Source: Camelus ferus
Taxonomy: Eukaryota
Length of the DNA stretch: 64,000 nt
NCBI RefSeq assembly: GCF_009834535.1
Contig: NC_045705.1
Coordinates: forward strand, 66,030,001-66,094,000
Direction: 5' to 3'
Shown: positions 34,965 through 53,631 of the stretch, in pieces
Layout of the letters: the number at the start of each line of letters is the position of its first letter
Position numbering within the stretch: position 1 is the first letter of the stretch
Translations under genes and position numbers: made by a program
The notes under the pieces: model-generated
The model's database searches: none
The model's input: the letters and a program-made list of their open reading frames with translations, nothing else
Told to the model about the DNA's origin: nothing

Positions 34965-35881
34965 GCTTCGCTGCGAAACAGGCCCCAGCCTCCATCTTCC
35001 CAGGCTTGCCAGCCTTTTAACTGGAATATTTGGGGTATAATAAAAATCTAAGTGTTTGCAGCTTTATGTGTTATAGAGGAGATGCCAGGTCCCAGGGATC
35101 TTTTAAAATACCCAGGTAGGAAGTGGGGAATCCATCTGGTCCAGTGGTTTTTAAATTGAGCTCCTCAGAACCTTTGGGGTTCCCTGGTGGAGCACTGAGA
35201 CTGCCAGGGAGATGGAGTCAGTGAGGCGTTCCAGCTTTGAATCTAGTTTATCAAAGTTCCCTGATCAAGTAAAATTTCCTTTGATAAGAAGTTCTGTAGC
35301 TTGGAAAAGAAAAGTTTAAAAAGCACTAACAGTCTAATTGCCCCATTTTATGGATTGGAAGACTGAGGCTCAAAGAGCTACTAGGCTTTGTCCAAGCTGA
35401 TAGTGTGAGGCCAAGCTAGGATTGAAAGCTAGGGTCTCCTGGCACTGTCTAGACCAGGACTTTTCAGGCCCCCTGCAGACCAGTCAAGCCTGAATTTCTG
35501 GGCTAGGGCCTGGAGTCTGCAGCCTTATGTCCTCCTTTCTCCAAGTGATTCTGTTGCCCATGATATGTAGGCCAGTCCCAGCCTTGGGGATGCAGCTCCC
35601 AGCTCCTGTCAACAGGGCCCCTGAGCCTGGGAGGAGACAACCCCCTTTAGGTGGACTTGGGCCACCTCCCATGAACCTGGCCTTTCTTCACCCTGGGCTT
35701 TACTGCAGTGTGACCCACCCCCCTCAGCCATCAGGACTCCTTCTTTGTCCCCTTTATTGCCTTTCTCTCTCTACCCTTCACAACAGCATCTTCCCTTTTA
35801 GCAGAACCCAGTCATCCCTGAGCCCCAGGCTCCTCGGCTACAGGGAACCACCCCCTCCCTGAGGGCTCCCCCACCCACTCC

Positions 35882-42200
<6,319 letters not shown>

Positions 42201-43169
42201 ACCCCAGACTCACTAGGGAGCCTCTAGGCCCTCACTTTGCACATCCCAATATGTCATTCTTCGCTCCCAGACCCTACCTAATCTGCGCCCCAAGAATTCC
42301 ATCCTGTGCACCCACATCTTAATGCCGGGGCCTCCAGACTTCCTGAGCCTCCCCGAATGTCATCCTGGGCAACCAGACCCCACCTGGGACTTCCAGATCC
42401 TCACTCTGAGCCCTCCGGAACGTTACTCTGGGCCCTCAGACAGTCTGGAAATACTAAATCGTCCCGGGTCCCCAGACCCTTGCCCTGAGACTATACACTC
42501 TGTCCATCTCTGTCCCATTCTCCCCTCCATCCCCAGGACTTTCTTCAGCCAGGTGGTCCCTTCACTCCAGGACAGCCTCCTCTGAGCCGAGCCCTCAGTC
42601 CGCGAGGCTACATCAGTCTGGGGAGGGGGCGGCAGTTCACTTTTCGCCCAGAATGAATGGAAGCCCCAGAGAAGGCAGGCAGGGCCGAACTAGGGAGTGC
42701 AGGACGCCAGGGTCCTGTGCCACCGCCTTCCTGGCCATCTCCCACCGGCATTCCCACCCCTTCAACACCCCCCACTCCTCTGCGGCCGGGTTTCTGCCTC
42801 CTCTCCGAGGCCAAGGGAGCGCCTCAAGAGGAGGAGTTTGGGCGGAGCTGGCTCCCAGGAAGGGGCGGGGTCTCGCCCTGCACACGTCTCAGGGCGGGGC
42901 CAGACGGGAAAGGGACGCGTGTCCAGGGATCCCTTGCCTGGAGGCAAACAGCGTGTGGGAACTACAGAGCCCTTAGTTCCTTCTCCCACCCCAGTTTATC
43001 CTCACGATCGCCCTTTAGCCCCTCTGGCCGGGGTAGGGGGTATGCAGAGCAGAGGACATTCGGGTGGGTCCTGAAGTGAGCCTTCCGGGTTCAGGGTGAA
43101 CTGGAAAGCGCCTCCCCCACTCCCAAATCCTTCCACCATTCCCCCCACCCCAGGTTAGGGCGAGGCTAA

Positions 43170-43771
43170 TAATAGTTACTTAAAAGCAAAAAGACAGACA
43201 ATAACAAGTGTTGACGAGGTTGTGGAGAAACTGAAACCCTCATACACTGTGGGTGGGAATGTCAGATGGGGCAGCCGCTGTGGAAAAGTCGAGCAGGTCC
43301 TCAAAATGCTACCACATGACCCAGCGATTTCACTCCTAGGTATATACCTGGGGAACTGAACATATGTCCACACAAAAAAATCTGTACACAATGTTCATAG
43401 CATTGAACCAAATTATAGAACCAACCCAATGTCCATCAATTGATGAATGGATTTTTTAAAAGTGTTCATACCATAGAATATTATTCAGCCATTAAAAAGG
43501 AATGAACTGACGTGCTATAACGTGGATGAATCTTGAAAATATTACACTAGATGAAAGAAGCCAGACACAAAAGTCCGCATATTCCATTTACGTAATACAT
43601 CCAGAACAGGCAAATCTGAAAGACAAAAAAAAAAGAGTTTTAAAAAATTTAAAAACTAAAGAAGAAAAGAAAAATTGAAAAAATGTTTAAAAGAAAAAAA
43701 TTGATATAAATCTGAGAGAAATAGATCAGTGTTTGCCAGGGGAAGGGGCACAGGGGAGTGACTTCTAATGG
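43170..43771 (+). mobile_element. L1M 3' region fragment
   Basis: AATAACAAGTGTTGACGAGGTTGTGGAGAAACTGAAACCCTCATACACTG...GACCCAGCGATTTCACTCCTAGGTATATACC...TGGATGAATCTTGAAAATATTACACTAGATGAAAGAAGCCAGACACAAAAG. Runs into an N gap. Confidence 0.9.
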
Positions 43772-43920
43772 NNNNNNNNNNNNNNNNNNNNNNNNNNNNN
43801 NNNNNNNNNNNNNNNNNNNNNNNNNNNNNNNNNNNNNNNNNNNNNNNNNNNNNNNNNNNNNNNNNNNNNNNNNNNNNNNNNNNNNNNNNNNNNNNNNNNN
43901 NNNNNNNNNNNNNNNNNNNN
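43772..43920. other. Assembly gap (149 N)
   Basis: Run of N read directly. Confidence 0.99.
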
Positions 43921-45863
43921 ATTTAAAAATATAATAAAAATATAGTTCTTTATTATCAAGATCTAACCATCCCAGGCACCAATGTGTACCTCATGTAATT
44001 CTCCTGCCAAGCCAGGGAAGGGGTGTCATTATTACCCTATTTCACAGGTGAGAGAGGCGAGATTTGTCCAGGCACAGCCAGAGTGGTAAGGACAGGATTT
44101 GAACTCAAGTCCTTCTGACTCCAAGACTCTTTGCCCCACAGTAGAGCATGAAGGATCCACCATTTGAACACCTACTCTGTGCCACTCATGGTGGTCAGTG
44201 TTCCACAAAGTGTCATTCCAGTTAAAGGAATCATTGCTGTCATTTGGCGATGAGGATCTGAGGCCCAGCTGGGAATGACTGGGTACCCAATTTGGCAATT
44301 CAAACTTAGACATGAACCTCCATCTTTGCACCATTAGGCCTGGGTGCACCTGCTGCTTGGAGTTGCCTCTGGGACCCTAATGACTTTCCCTGCCCTCATC
44401 TGTTCTGCACTGTAGCACAAGGCCTTATTTTGGTTAGTAGCACTCTCCTACCGAGTCGTGGGCTGCAGGATGAGCGGGTCAAGAGCCAATGAGTAAGAGT
44501 TCATTCATTCATTCATTTAGCAAATGTTATAGAGTGGCCACCATTAACCAGGCTTTGTGCTAGGCACCAGGGACACAGCACTGATCAAAAAAGACCAAAA
44601 TCTCCTGGCATCCTGGAATTCACATTCAAGGGAGGGAAGGAGGGAATCAAAGAGGAAGGCCACCCAGCTCAACATCCCTAGACCCTCCTCCCCTCACTCT
44701 CCCAAATTTCCACAATCCCCACCACCAGAGACTCATTTTATGACATCCCCTTTGGTGCCCATACTGGGACCTCCAGCTCTGAGAGCTGACATGGGGCCTT
44801 AGTCATAGGTCACATGCAGCCAAAAGCAGCTCAGCTTGGGACACATGACCGGGATCTAGACCCATACAGCCAGGTACGCCTCTGTGGATGGCCTGTCTAA
44901 TGCATTTTAATAAGGAAGCATCGCTCTTTTTTCCAAATAGAGGAGTCCCTTGACTTAATATCCGGTGTGTGTGTAGGGGAAGCTTAGGTGCAGCAAAATG
45001 GGGATTCACAGTTTTGGGAAGATTCCTAATGAATGAAGGAATGAGGTAGTGAACACATGAGTGAATGAATCCCAAATCAGAACCCCCTTCTCTTCCCCCC
45101 ACTCCCATCCCCATGGAACCCAAAGAAAGACAGTTTTTCCCTCACCCATCTCTGGTCTTGGATGCTGGTCCCTAGCCTGAGGCCCATGTGGGAGCTTCCC
45201 AACCCAAGGATCCACTTAAAACCAAGGCAGAAGTAACAGGTGTTAACACCCCTGCCTAGCCCTTAGCCTCTGGTCTTGCTCTGTCTAGGATGCTGACCCT
45301 GTTATTCTTCTGCCCCCTCATCCACATCCCCAGACTGTGACAGGAATGAGGAACAGGAGGTAAATAGTTGCCACTTGCTGTCCCTCAAACCCTGCACTTT
45401 CCTGTGTGAAACCCACAATGACCAACCACTCAGTCAACAAACTCCCACTGAGCCAGCTCTGTGCCGGGCCCCTTTCTGGTTGCTGAGGATGCACGTGCAG
45501 CACTCTGGTATGGTTGGGACACAGATGCCAAGTAGACACAGGCACCTCAGGACTTGAAGGGCTGCTGGTTACATCACAGGCTGGGGGAGCGGGAAGGCTT
45601 CTTGCAGGTGACCCTTGAGCTGACCGAGCTTTGTGGAAGGATAGTGAGAGTGCTTCCTGGAGGGGCACTGACCACCCTCCATCTTCGTCAGTCTTCAGGG
45701 GCCTGTGGCTCCCTGCTCCATAGACCCCTGGCTTCCCCTGAAGGCACTGATGGCCCTATATTGTCACTGCTCATGTAGGATCTGTCTCCTCCTGTCTCAT
45801 TAAGGGTAGACCCCTCTCAGTACCCGTGGAATTGCCCAGAACGAAGTGGGGAGAGCCTCTGTT

Positions 45864-46022
45864 TTGTTTTGTTTTTAATTTTTTTAATTCTTTAACTTTT
45901 TTTTTTTTTAAATGGAGGTATTGGGGATTAAACCAGGACCTCGTGCATGCTAAGCATGCACTCTACCACTGAGCTATACCTTCTACCACTTTTTTTCTTA
46001 AAAAATTTTTTTTTCAATTCAA
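45864..46022 (-). mobile_element. tRNA-derived SINE (camelid-type) ~200 bp upstream of the CTSW start codon
   Basis: Reverse complement reads GGTATAGCTCAGTGGTAGAGTGCATGCTTAGCATGCACGAGGTCCTGGTTTAATCCCCAATACCTCC plus A tail. 12-bp TSD AGAGCCTCTGTT at 45852-45863 and 46023-46034. Confidence 0.9.
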
Positions 46023-46229
46023 AGAGCCTCTGTTGAATACAGGCGTGGTGTGGAGAGCAGGCAGGCAGGGGGGCTGTGTAGGGACAAAAGCCTGAGGGCC
46101 TCTTGTGCTCCTTGTGCTGGGGAACCTCCCCAGCCTCGTTTCCCCCTCGTGGCTTTTCCAGCCCCGCCCTCTCAGCCCCTATAGCTTGGTCTGCACAGCT
46201 TCCTGCCCCATACACTAGTCTGCGGCATC

Positions 46230-49200
46230 ATGGCACTAACTGTCCACCTCTCCTGCCTCCTAGCGCTGTTGGTGGCAGGCCTGGCCCAAGGCATCAAGGG
46301 CTCCCTCAGGGGCCAGGTAAGTACCTTCATCCCCCTCCCCATACCCTCCCCATGCCTGGGGGTCACCCCTTTGGGAAAAATGCCTTGTTCCTATTTAGAG
46401 GGAGCAACTGAGGCTGGAGAGGTGACTGGCGTGCCCAGGCTCACACAGAGAGAAAAGCAGGCTCACCAGCTGCCCCCCAACGCAGTCCTTGAATGGCTGG
46501 GTGCTAAGGTGTAGTCCCAGCCATGACTCCTCCCCTCCTCCCCACCCCCACCCACTGCCCTTGGTTTTTCCCCAGGACCCAGGTCCCCAGCCTCTGGAGC
46601 TGAAAGAGGTCTTCATGTTGTTCCAGATCCAATACAATCGGACTTATTCGAACCCAGCAGGTATCACAGGGCACGTATGTCTCCAGTTCAAACCCCCTTC
46701 TCTCATTTAATAGTCATCTATTAATCAAAGCTCAGGATGGGGAATGTGCTTGGCCAAAGCCACTCAGCAGGACAGTGACAGGGCTGGGGTTTCCCCAATG
46801 CACAAGTGGGGACAGGATCATTCTTGGCTATTAACCTGGAGGGAGGTGGCAGTTATGGGGGGTCTGACTGGTCTGAGAACACTTTACTTCCACAGCCACT
46901 TTCCTGTGACTCCAGGAGGCAGGCAGGAGACCACCAGCTAGTCACGAGTTCACTCAGCAAACACCTGAGGATACTCATTTTGTCCCCAAGCTGGGGATTC
47001 CATCTCTAGCCCCAGGAGTTGCCGGCCATGCTCCTGCAGGGCTGGATCTCATCTCCCGCCAGGGGTGGTCTGTGGGCACTTTTCAGCCCAGGCCATGGAC
47101 CTGTACCCCACCCTCCCCCACCATGTTCCAGCCACAGACTTGTGGTCGGAGGTGTGAAGTAGAGATAGAGGAGATAACCTGACAGGAAGCTGGTCTCTGA
47201 CCACCCACCTTTCCCCTGAGTTACTATGCCTCTCAACCCTTTACCTGGCTTCCTCCTCTGGTGGGCAGACACCCCTTCCTGCCTTCTGGGAAAACATCCC
47301 AAGTGGTCTGGGGAGCCACTTTCTTAGCCCAGGTGTCTGTAGTGGGGTCTGCAAAGGCCTCAGGAAGGGAGCCAGTGCTCACCTGGGCAAGTGTGGCTAT
47401 TTCCTGCCCCGGGAGCTTGGGAGCCAGACTAGAACAACCTCCTTTTGGTCCAGAGTACGCTCGCCGCATGGACATCTTTGCCCAAAACCTGGCCAAGGCT
47501 CAGCGGCTGCAGGAGGAGGACTTGGGCACAGCTGAGTTTGGGGTGACTCCATTCAGTGACCTCACAGGTACTGGGACCCCCTCCCAGCCCCTAGCTGGTA
47601 GGTGGGGAAGCAGAACCTTCTTCAGAGATACTGTCAGATGGACAGGGCAACCTTGTGGCTTTCATTTCTCAGAGGCGCCCGGCAGACCAGAGGCCTGGGT
47701 GCTTGTCCTGAATCATAGAGATCAGGGGCAGGAACGCTGCAGGCCTGTGTCCCAGACCAGCTCAGGGGGAGGCAGCAGGTGAAGGGGCGTGCACCACAGC
47801 AAGGATCTCAGCCTCTCTCTAGGCCTCAGTATCCTTGCCTTTCTGTCTCCCAGGGTATTACGGGGACACAAACAGCTGGGGATGTGGCAAGCTGGAGTGG
47901 GAGGCAGAATGTGGGTGAGGGGGTAAAAACTGTGAACTTAGTGGCCCCATCTGTCCCCCAGAGGAGGAGTTCGGCCAGCTCTATGGGAATCGGAGGGTGC
48001 CTGGAGAGGACCCCAGTGTGGGCAGAAAGGTAGGGTCTGAGGAGTTGGGGTGGTCAGTGCCCCAGACCTGTGACTGGCGGAAGGCGGCTGGCATCATCTC
48101 ACCCATCAGGAACCAGGTATCTGCCCCGACCCAGCCTGGCCCAATCTAACCCTGGCGGTGGGAGGGGGAGGAGAGGGCAAGGCCTGGTCACCTTACCCTG
48201 CCCCCATCCTCTCACCACTAGAAAACCTGCAAATGTTGCTGGGCCATGGCGGCAGCTGGCAACATCGAGGCCCTGTGGGCCATCAAAAACCACAAGTCTG
48301 TAGAAGTCTCTGTACAGGGTATGGCTGGGGGAGGGGACCTGTGTGACTAGGGCAGTGGGGGTGGTGCCTGAGGCCTGGGCACTCACAATGTCCCTTTCTG
48401 CACCAGAGCTGCTGGACTGTGGCCGCTGTGGGAATGGCTGTGAGGGCGGCTTCGTCTGGGAAGCGTTCATAACTGTCCTCAACAACAGTGAGTGCCTGCC
48501 GCTGTGGGCAGCGGTGCAGTGGGAGGTGTTCAGGGGCTGAGCTGAGTCTCCTTCCTGGCCTTGCTTATCTCCAGGCGGCCTGGCCGATGAAAAGGACTAC
48601 CCATTCGAGGGTAAGGTCAAAACCCACAGGTGCCTGGCCAAGAGGCACAAGAAGGTGGCCTGGATCCAGGACTTCATCATGCTGCAGAACTGCGAGCAGA
48701 GTGCGGGCAGGGTGGACACTCGGGGAGAGGGGAGAGTGACAGGGACAGGCAGACCAGGACTGACGGGGCTACAGACACAGTGTAGGGGTCTGGGATGGGG
48801 CAAGGGGGTGGGAAAGAGAAAGAGAGACACCTATGAGCCAAGAGTAGAGGGCACAGGGCAGGCAGGGCCTGATAGCCCCTTCCATCCCTAGGCATTGCCA
48901 GGTACTTGGCCATCCACGGCCCCATCACCGTGACCATCAACATGGAGCTACTGAAGGTGGGGCAGGGTAGAGAATGGGGCAGGGGGAGGGGCACATGGGG
49001 GAGGTGGCCCCAGACTCCACCTCTCTGCCCCTGCAGCAATACCAGAAGGGTGTGATCAAAGCCACACCTGCCACCTGTGACCCCCGGCTTGTGGATCATT
49101 CTGTCCTGCTGGTGGGTTTTGGTAAAACCAAGTCGGCAGAGGGCAGACGGGCAGAGGCGGTCTCATCCCAGTCTCGTCCTCGTCCTCGCCACTCTATCCC

Positions 49201-49436
49201 ATACTGGATCCTGAAGAACTCCTGGGGGGCCAACTGGGGTGAGGAGGTGAGTGTGGACTGTTGGGGCGGCAGGGCAGGACAGGCCTCTCCCCATTGTCTG
49301 GCCCTGATGTCCCCTAACTTCCTAGGGCTATTTCCGGCTGTACCGAGGGAATAATACCTGCGGCATCACCAAGTACCCATTCACTGCCCGAGTAGACCTA
49401 CCTGCAAAGAAGCAGAAAGTCTCCTGCCCTCCCTGA
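46230..49436 (+). CDS. CTSW: Cathepsin W (lymphopain; papain family C1A), 10 exons, 376 aa
   Basis: Exons 46230-46316, 46576-46660, 47454-47567, 47962-48116, 48222-48318, 48407-48487, 48575-48700, 48892-48956, 49037-49246, 49326-49436; 1131 nt total. Catalytic motifs [40 protein letters not shown] at 49543-49548. Confidence 0.97.
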
Positions 49437-49813
49437 GCCCGCCTGGCTGCCCCTCAGCTCCCTCCTGCTATGCCAATTACCCCATTGCCCACCCCACCTC
49501 TAGGAGTTTGGCTTATTCTCCCAGTGTTCTTGCTACAGATTGAATAAACCAAGACAAGACCCCCGTCTTTGGAGTAGACTCAGCTTGGGTGGGGAAGAGG
49601 ATGGGAAGTGCATAGATACCATTCTCTGACACGTCCTAGTCCCTGCAGGGCCAACGTATACACACATTCTTACACACTGCGACACTTAAGAGACACACAC
49701 ATGCACACCTGCACACATTCCCACACATGGACCCATATGTGCACCCACTCACAACCTCCTCCAAAGTCATGGCAACTTTATTGTCAGTGTGGGCAGGGGG
49801 GTGGGAGGGGGCC

Positions 49814-52800
49814 TCAGTCATGATAGAGACGCAAGAGGCAGCCACGGAGGGTGCCCATGTAGCGGTCCCAGAGGGCCTGGTGCCTGCAATGATAACAATA
49901 ACAGTAGTGGCTGTTTCCTGCCTCCTCACCATCTCATGACACTGTCTAAGTGCTCTACACAACTTCACTCGTTTATTCCTCACAATATTCTTATGATCTC
50001 TGTCATTATTACTCCCAGCTTATGTATGAGGAAACTGAGGCACAGACAGGTTAAGGAACCTGTCCAAGGTCAGGTCCCAGCTTCTAAGAGGTGGAGCTGA
50101 ACCCTGGTCAACAGAGACTTCCACCCCCAGGGTGACAGAACAGGCATCTGAGTCTGTAAGAGGGCTAGGCCCTGGCATGAGGCTGGCTGGGGTGAGGTCA
50201 AGCTGGACAGAAGGCCTGGGGTCTCTCACCGGAAGCCATCCAGGGAGTGGACCGACGCTGAATACTGATTCAGGAAGAGCCGTACATCATTCAACGGCCA
50301 GTGGTCCGAGCGGCAGGGTTCTATGAACTGTGGATCAAAGGTAACATCTAGCACTGGTACAGCCCAGGGACAGGCCAGGAAGGGGATCAGAGGGCAGTGG
50401 GCAGGACAGCTCACCTTCTCCACGAGGTCCACAAACAGGTCTCTGACATCCTTAGTGTGGGTCAGCTTGGCGGCCACATTCACCAGCCCCCGGGACAGGT
50501 TCTGTGGGGCAGGGAGCCTGGGAGTTCTGCCTTCTGCCCCAGGGGCTGGGGGCTGAGCCCATATCTATCCACCTCCCTCAATCAAATAACTCCCCAAAGT
50601 TTAAGAGGTGGCTCCCCCCTCACAGACAGGCAGAGGGAGCAGCAGCACCACCTGCCGGTCAGTCTCAGGCATGAGCAGACTTGCCCGGGTGGACAGTGCT
50701 CTGGAGGCTGAAAATGCCCAAGGGACAGAGAGGCTGGCTTGGGCCACAGACCTTGAAGTTGGCTTCCATCTCAGAGAAGACACCAAGTTTTCCCCGGAGG
50801 GCAGTGCACACCAGGCTGTAGGGAGACAGAGTCAAGCCCAGAGCCTCCTGGGCCCCCACTTCAGGCCCTGCCCCATGGACCTCTAGAGTCACCTCTTATG
50901 CAGGTCCAGAAGGTCCTTGTCAGCCACAAGCACCTTAAGCTCCTTCAAGTCCTGGAGAAACTCCTTGTCTAAGTCCATGTCCATGTCGTCTACCTGAGAG
51001 TCTAAGTGAGGCCCACAAAGGGAGTTGGGGCAGGAGATAAAAACCCCTCCTGTGACATCCTAAGCCTTCCTCACCCACCATCTCATTGCACCCCATGAGG
51101 CAAAAAAGGAAGTGAAGTGGTAGAGGGGCGGAGTGACTGGCCCCAAGCCATAGAGAAGCCGTGGGCCCTTGGTCTGCACACAAGGTATGTGTGGGAACAC
51201 TGGACTGTGAGCAGAAGCGGCTGGGGAGGGCCCCTGAAGAAGAAAGGATGCTGGGAACTGAGGCCTGCAGGAGAAACTGCTGGTGGGGAACCAGGACCTG
51301 AGAAGGTGAGGGGGTGTCCAGGCACCTGGGTCAGTGGGGGCCTCACCCACGGCTCCGAGAGTCCAGTTCTGGATCATGAGCTCAGCACAGAAGGCAAAGT
51401 CACCAAAGCTCAGATACTGCAGTTTTTTCTTCCCTGTCTCAAAGCGATTGTTGGCAAAGAAGACGATAGCTGCATAGTCCCTACAGGGAGAGGAGAGTGG
51501 GTCCATCAGGGCTTGAAATTCCTTCTTAGCAAGCAGCTCCCACCTGCAACACTGGCTGGGCATCCAGGTTCTGGCCTCTCTCTACCCTAACTCACTGTGT
51601 GATGTGTTTCAGGTCCCTTCTCTCTAGGCCTCCTCCTCAGTGCAGAGAAGGTTTCAGCCCAGGTCTCCTAAAGGACACAACAGGAGACTGCCAGGGTAAT
51701 GGCTACCATTTACTGAGTCCTTACTAAGCAGGGTAGTGCCATCATGGCCTTTACATTGACACCTCACAACAGCCCAGGTGGTGAACGGCCAGGCTGCGAT
51801 CTGAACCCAGGCCAGTCTGGTCCAAAGTACAGACCAGGAGTGGGATAACCATCCCTGCAGCGCGGCCAGGAGGTTAAGTGGGTTGTGGGGAATGTGGACC
51901 AACCTCAGGAGCAAGGAAGGAGTGTTCAGGAGGGGGAGACAGCTGGCTCCCCGCCTGGCCCCTCACCTGGCTAGCCGGTCAGACAGGAGGAAGTGTTGCT
52001 GGATGTTATCGACCAGGGAGCCCCGCATTTCCTCCACCACCTTGAAGACTCGCTTAAAGTTGTCAAACTGCAGGGCAGTTAGGGGAGGAGGGAGGACTGG
52101 TCAGAGGTTGCTCACCCAGCGAACTGTTTATTGAACATCAGTTTATCACCTATCCAGGCAACATACACTGACTTAACATTTGTTGTTCCTTCAACAAACT
52201 ATTACTTAACACTTGTTATCAACTCAACAAGCATTTACTAGCTTCTATCATTTTGCCTCAGATAAATGTTTACATACTCTTATCTCTAAATTCACCCCTA
52301 TTTTAGCAACATGCCCTCTGGTTCTTCACTAGTTCGTCCTGGAAATGACTCTCCTGGCTAAGCCCCAGGAACTCAAAAAGAAAGCCAGGGGCTGGGGAAA
52401 TGTAAGCCTAGAAAGGTTGGCAGGGGCAGGATGACAGGAGAGCCTGAAGGTCAAGGCCAAGGAGCATGGCTGCTATCCAGGAGAGAGTAGGAGCCAATGA
52501 AAGTTTATGAGCAGAGGAAAGCTACGGTCAGATCTGGGCTTCTGAAAGTTCACTCTGACTGAAAAGTAGGGGATGGCTTGGAAGGGGCAAAAAAGAGAAG
52601 GAAGGAGAGCAGATATGAAGGAGGAGGCTGGAGCTGGGGCAGTGACCAAAGGGATAGTGTGAAGGGGCAGACTGCAGATGGATGCCGTGTCCACCTGTCT
52701 CCGGCAGCTCTTGAGGGTGATGCCTGTTTTGGTGCTGATGTCATCCAGATCCTTCTTGGTGCCCTTGGACAGCTTCTTGCCTAGGACCTCCCGCACAAAG

Positions 52801-53488
52801 GCCTCGTCAAAGGCATAGTACCTGTGAGGAGTCAGAGAACACTGCTGATTTTCCATAAAGGAGGAGAAAGGAGGACGGGCAGGACCTGGATTTGGTTCCT
52901 TCCGGCCTGGGTAAGTCCGGTCCCTCCCTGGGTCTCATTTTCAGTCTGCAAAATGGGTATATGGCCAGACTGGTTGGCGTCCCGACCATCCCACCAAGTG
53001 AGCACCTTTCGATAAGCAGTGCCTGTCGAGAGGGCGGGATCTGGAAGATGAGCTGGTGCAGCAGCTTGGGCGGTGCGTGTAGCAGGCGCTCAAGCATGTG
53101 GAAAGTACGGTAGTGGTCCATGGTGTCGCTCTGCAGCACCGCTGCTGTGGCGCCGGTCTGCTCCAGGATTCCCGAGCGCACCCTCAGGGCCACCGCGTCG
53201 CTCACTGGGGAGTGAGCGCCAGCATCAGGCCCTGCCCCGCTGACCCCAGAGGCTCTCCAAGGATTCAGCCCCGACCCTAGGTAGCCTGTACTCCCAGGCC
53301 TCTGCCCACTGCCGTCTAGGATGTCTAGTCCTGGCTCTGCCCACCACTACCATCCAAAACAACGCTCTGCCCGACTGTCTCCCCCAGATGGCACCCCACA
53401 GACCCGAGTAACCGTCCAGCCAGAGGCGATACACGTCCTCGTCGATGAGGGTCGTGTTCCCCACGAAGATGTCCAGCTCGCTGGTCAT
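49814..53488 (-). CDS. FIBP: FGF1 intracellular binding protein, 10 exons, 357 aa (364 aa with the alternative donor)
   Basis: Exons 53404-53488, 53006-53204, 52695-52821, 51967-52067, 51347-51480 (alternative end 51326), 50893-51001, 50752-50815, 50415-50501, 50230-50327, 49814-49883; 1074 nt total. [28 protein letters not shown]...[13 protein letters not shown]. Poly(A) signal at 49777-49782. Confidence 0.97.
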
Positions 53489-53567
53489 AGCGACGCCCGA
53501 ACCCGGGCGCTGCCGCAGCGCCCCAACAGGAGCGAGCAGTGCCCGGGCCGGGCGCGCCGCCGCCGGG

Positions 53568-53631
53568 CCACTTCCGGGAGCGTAGACATTCGGCTCCGGG
53601 CACCCGGAGCCAGAGAAGGACCACTTCCGGG
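53568..53631. promoter_or_regulatory. FIBP promoter: two Ets/GABP sites flanking an inverted repeat
   Basis: CCACTTCCGGG at 53568-53578 and 53621-53631. GGCTCCGGG-CA-CCCGGAGCC at 53592-53611. Confidence 0.7.
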
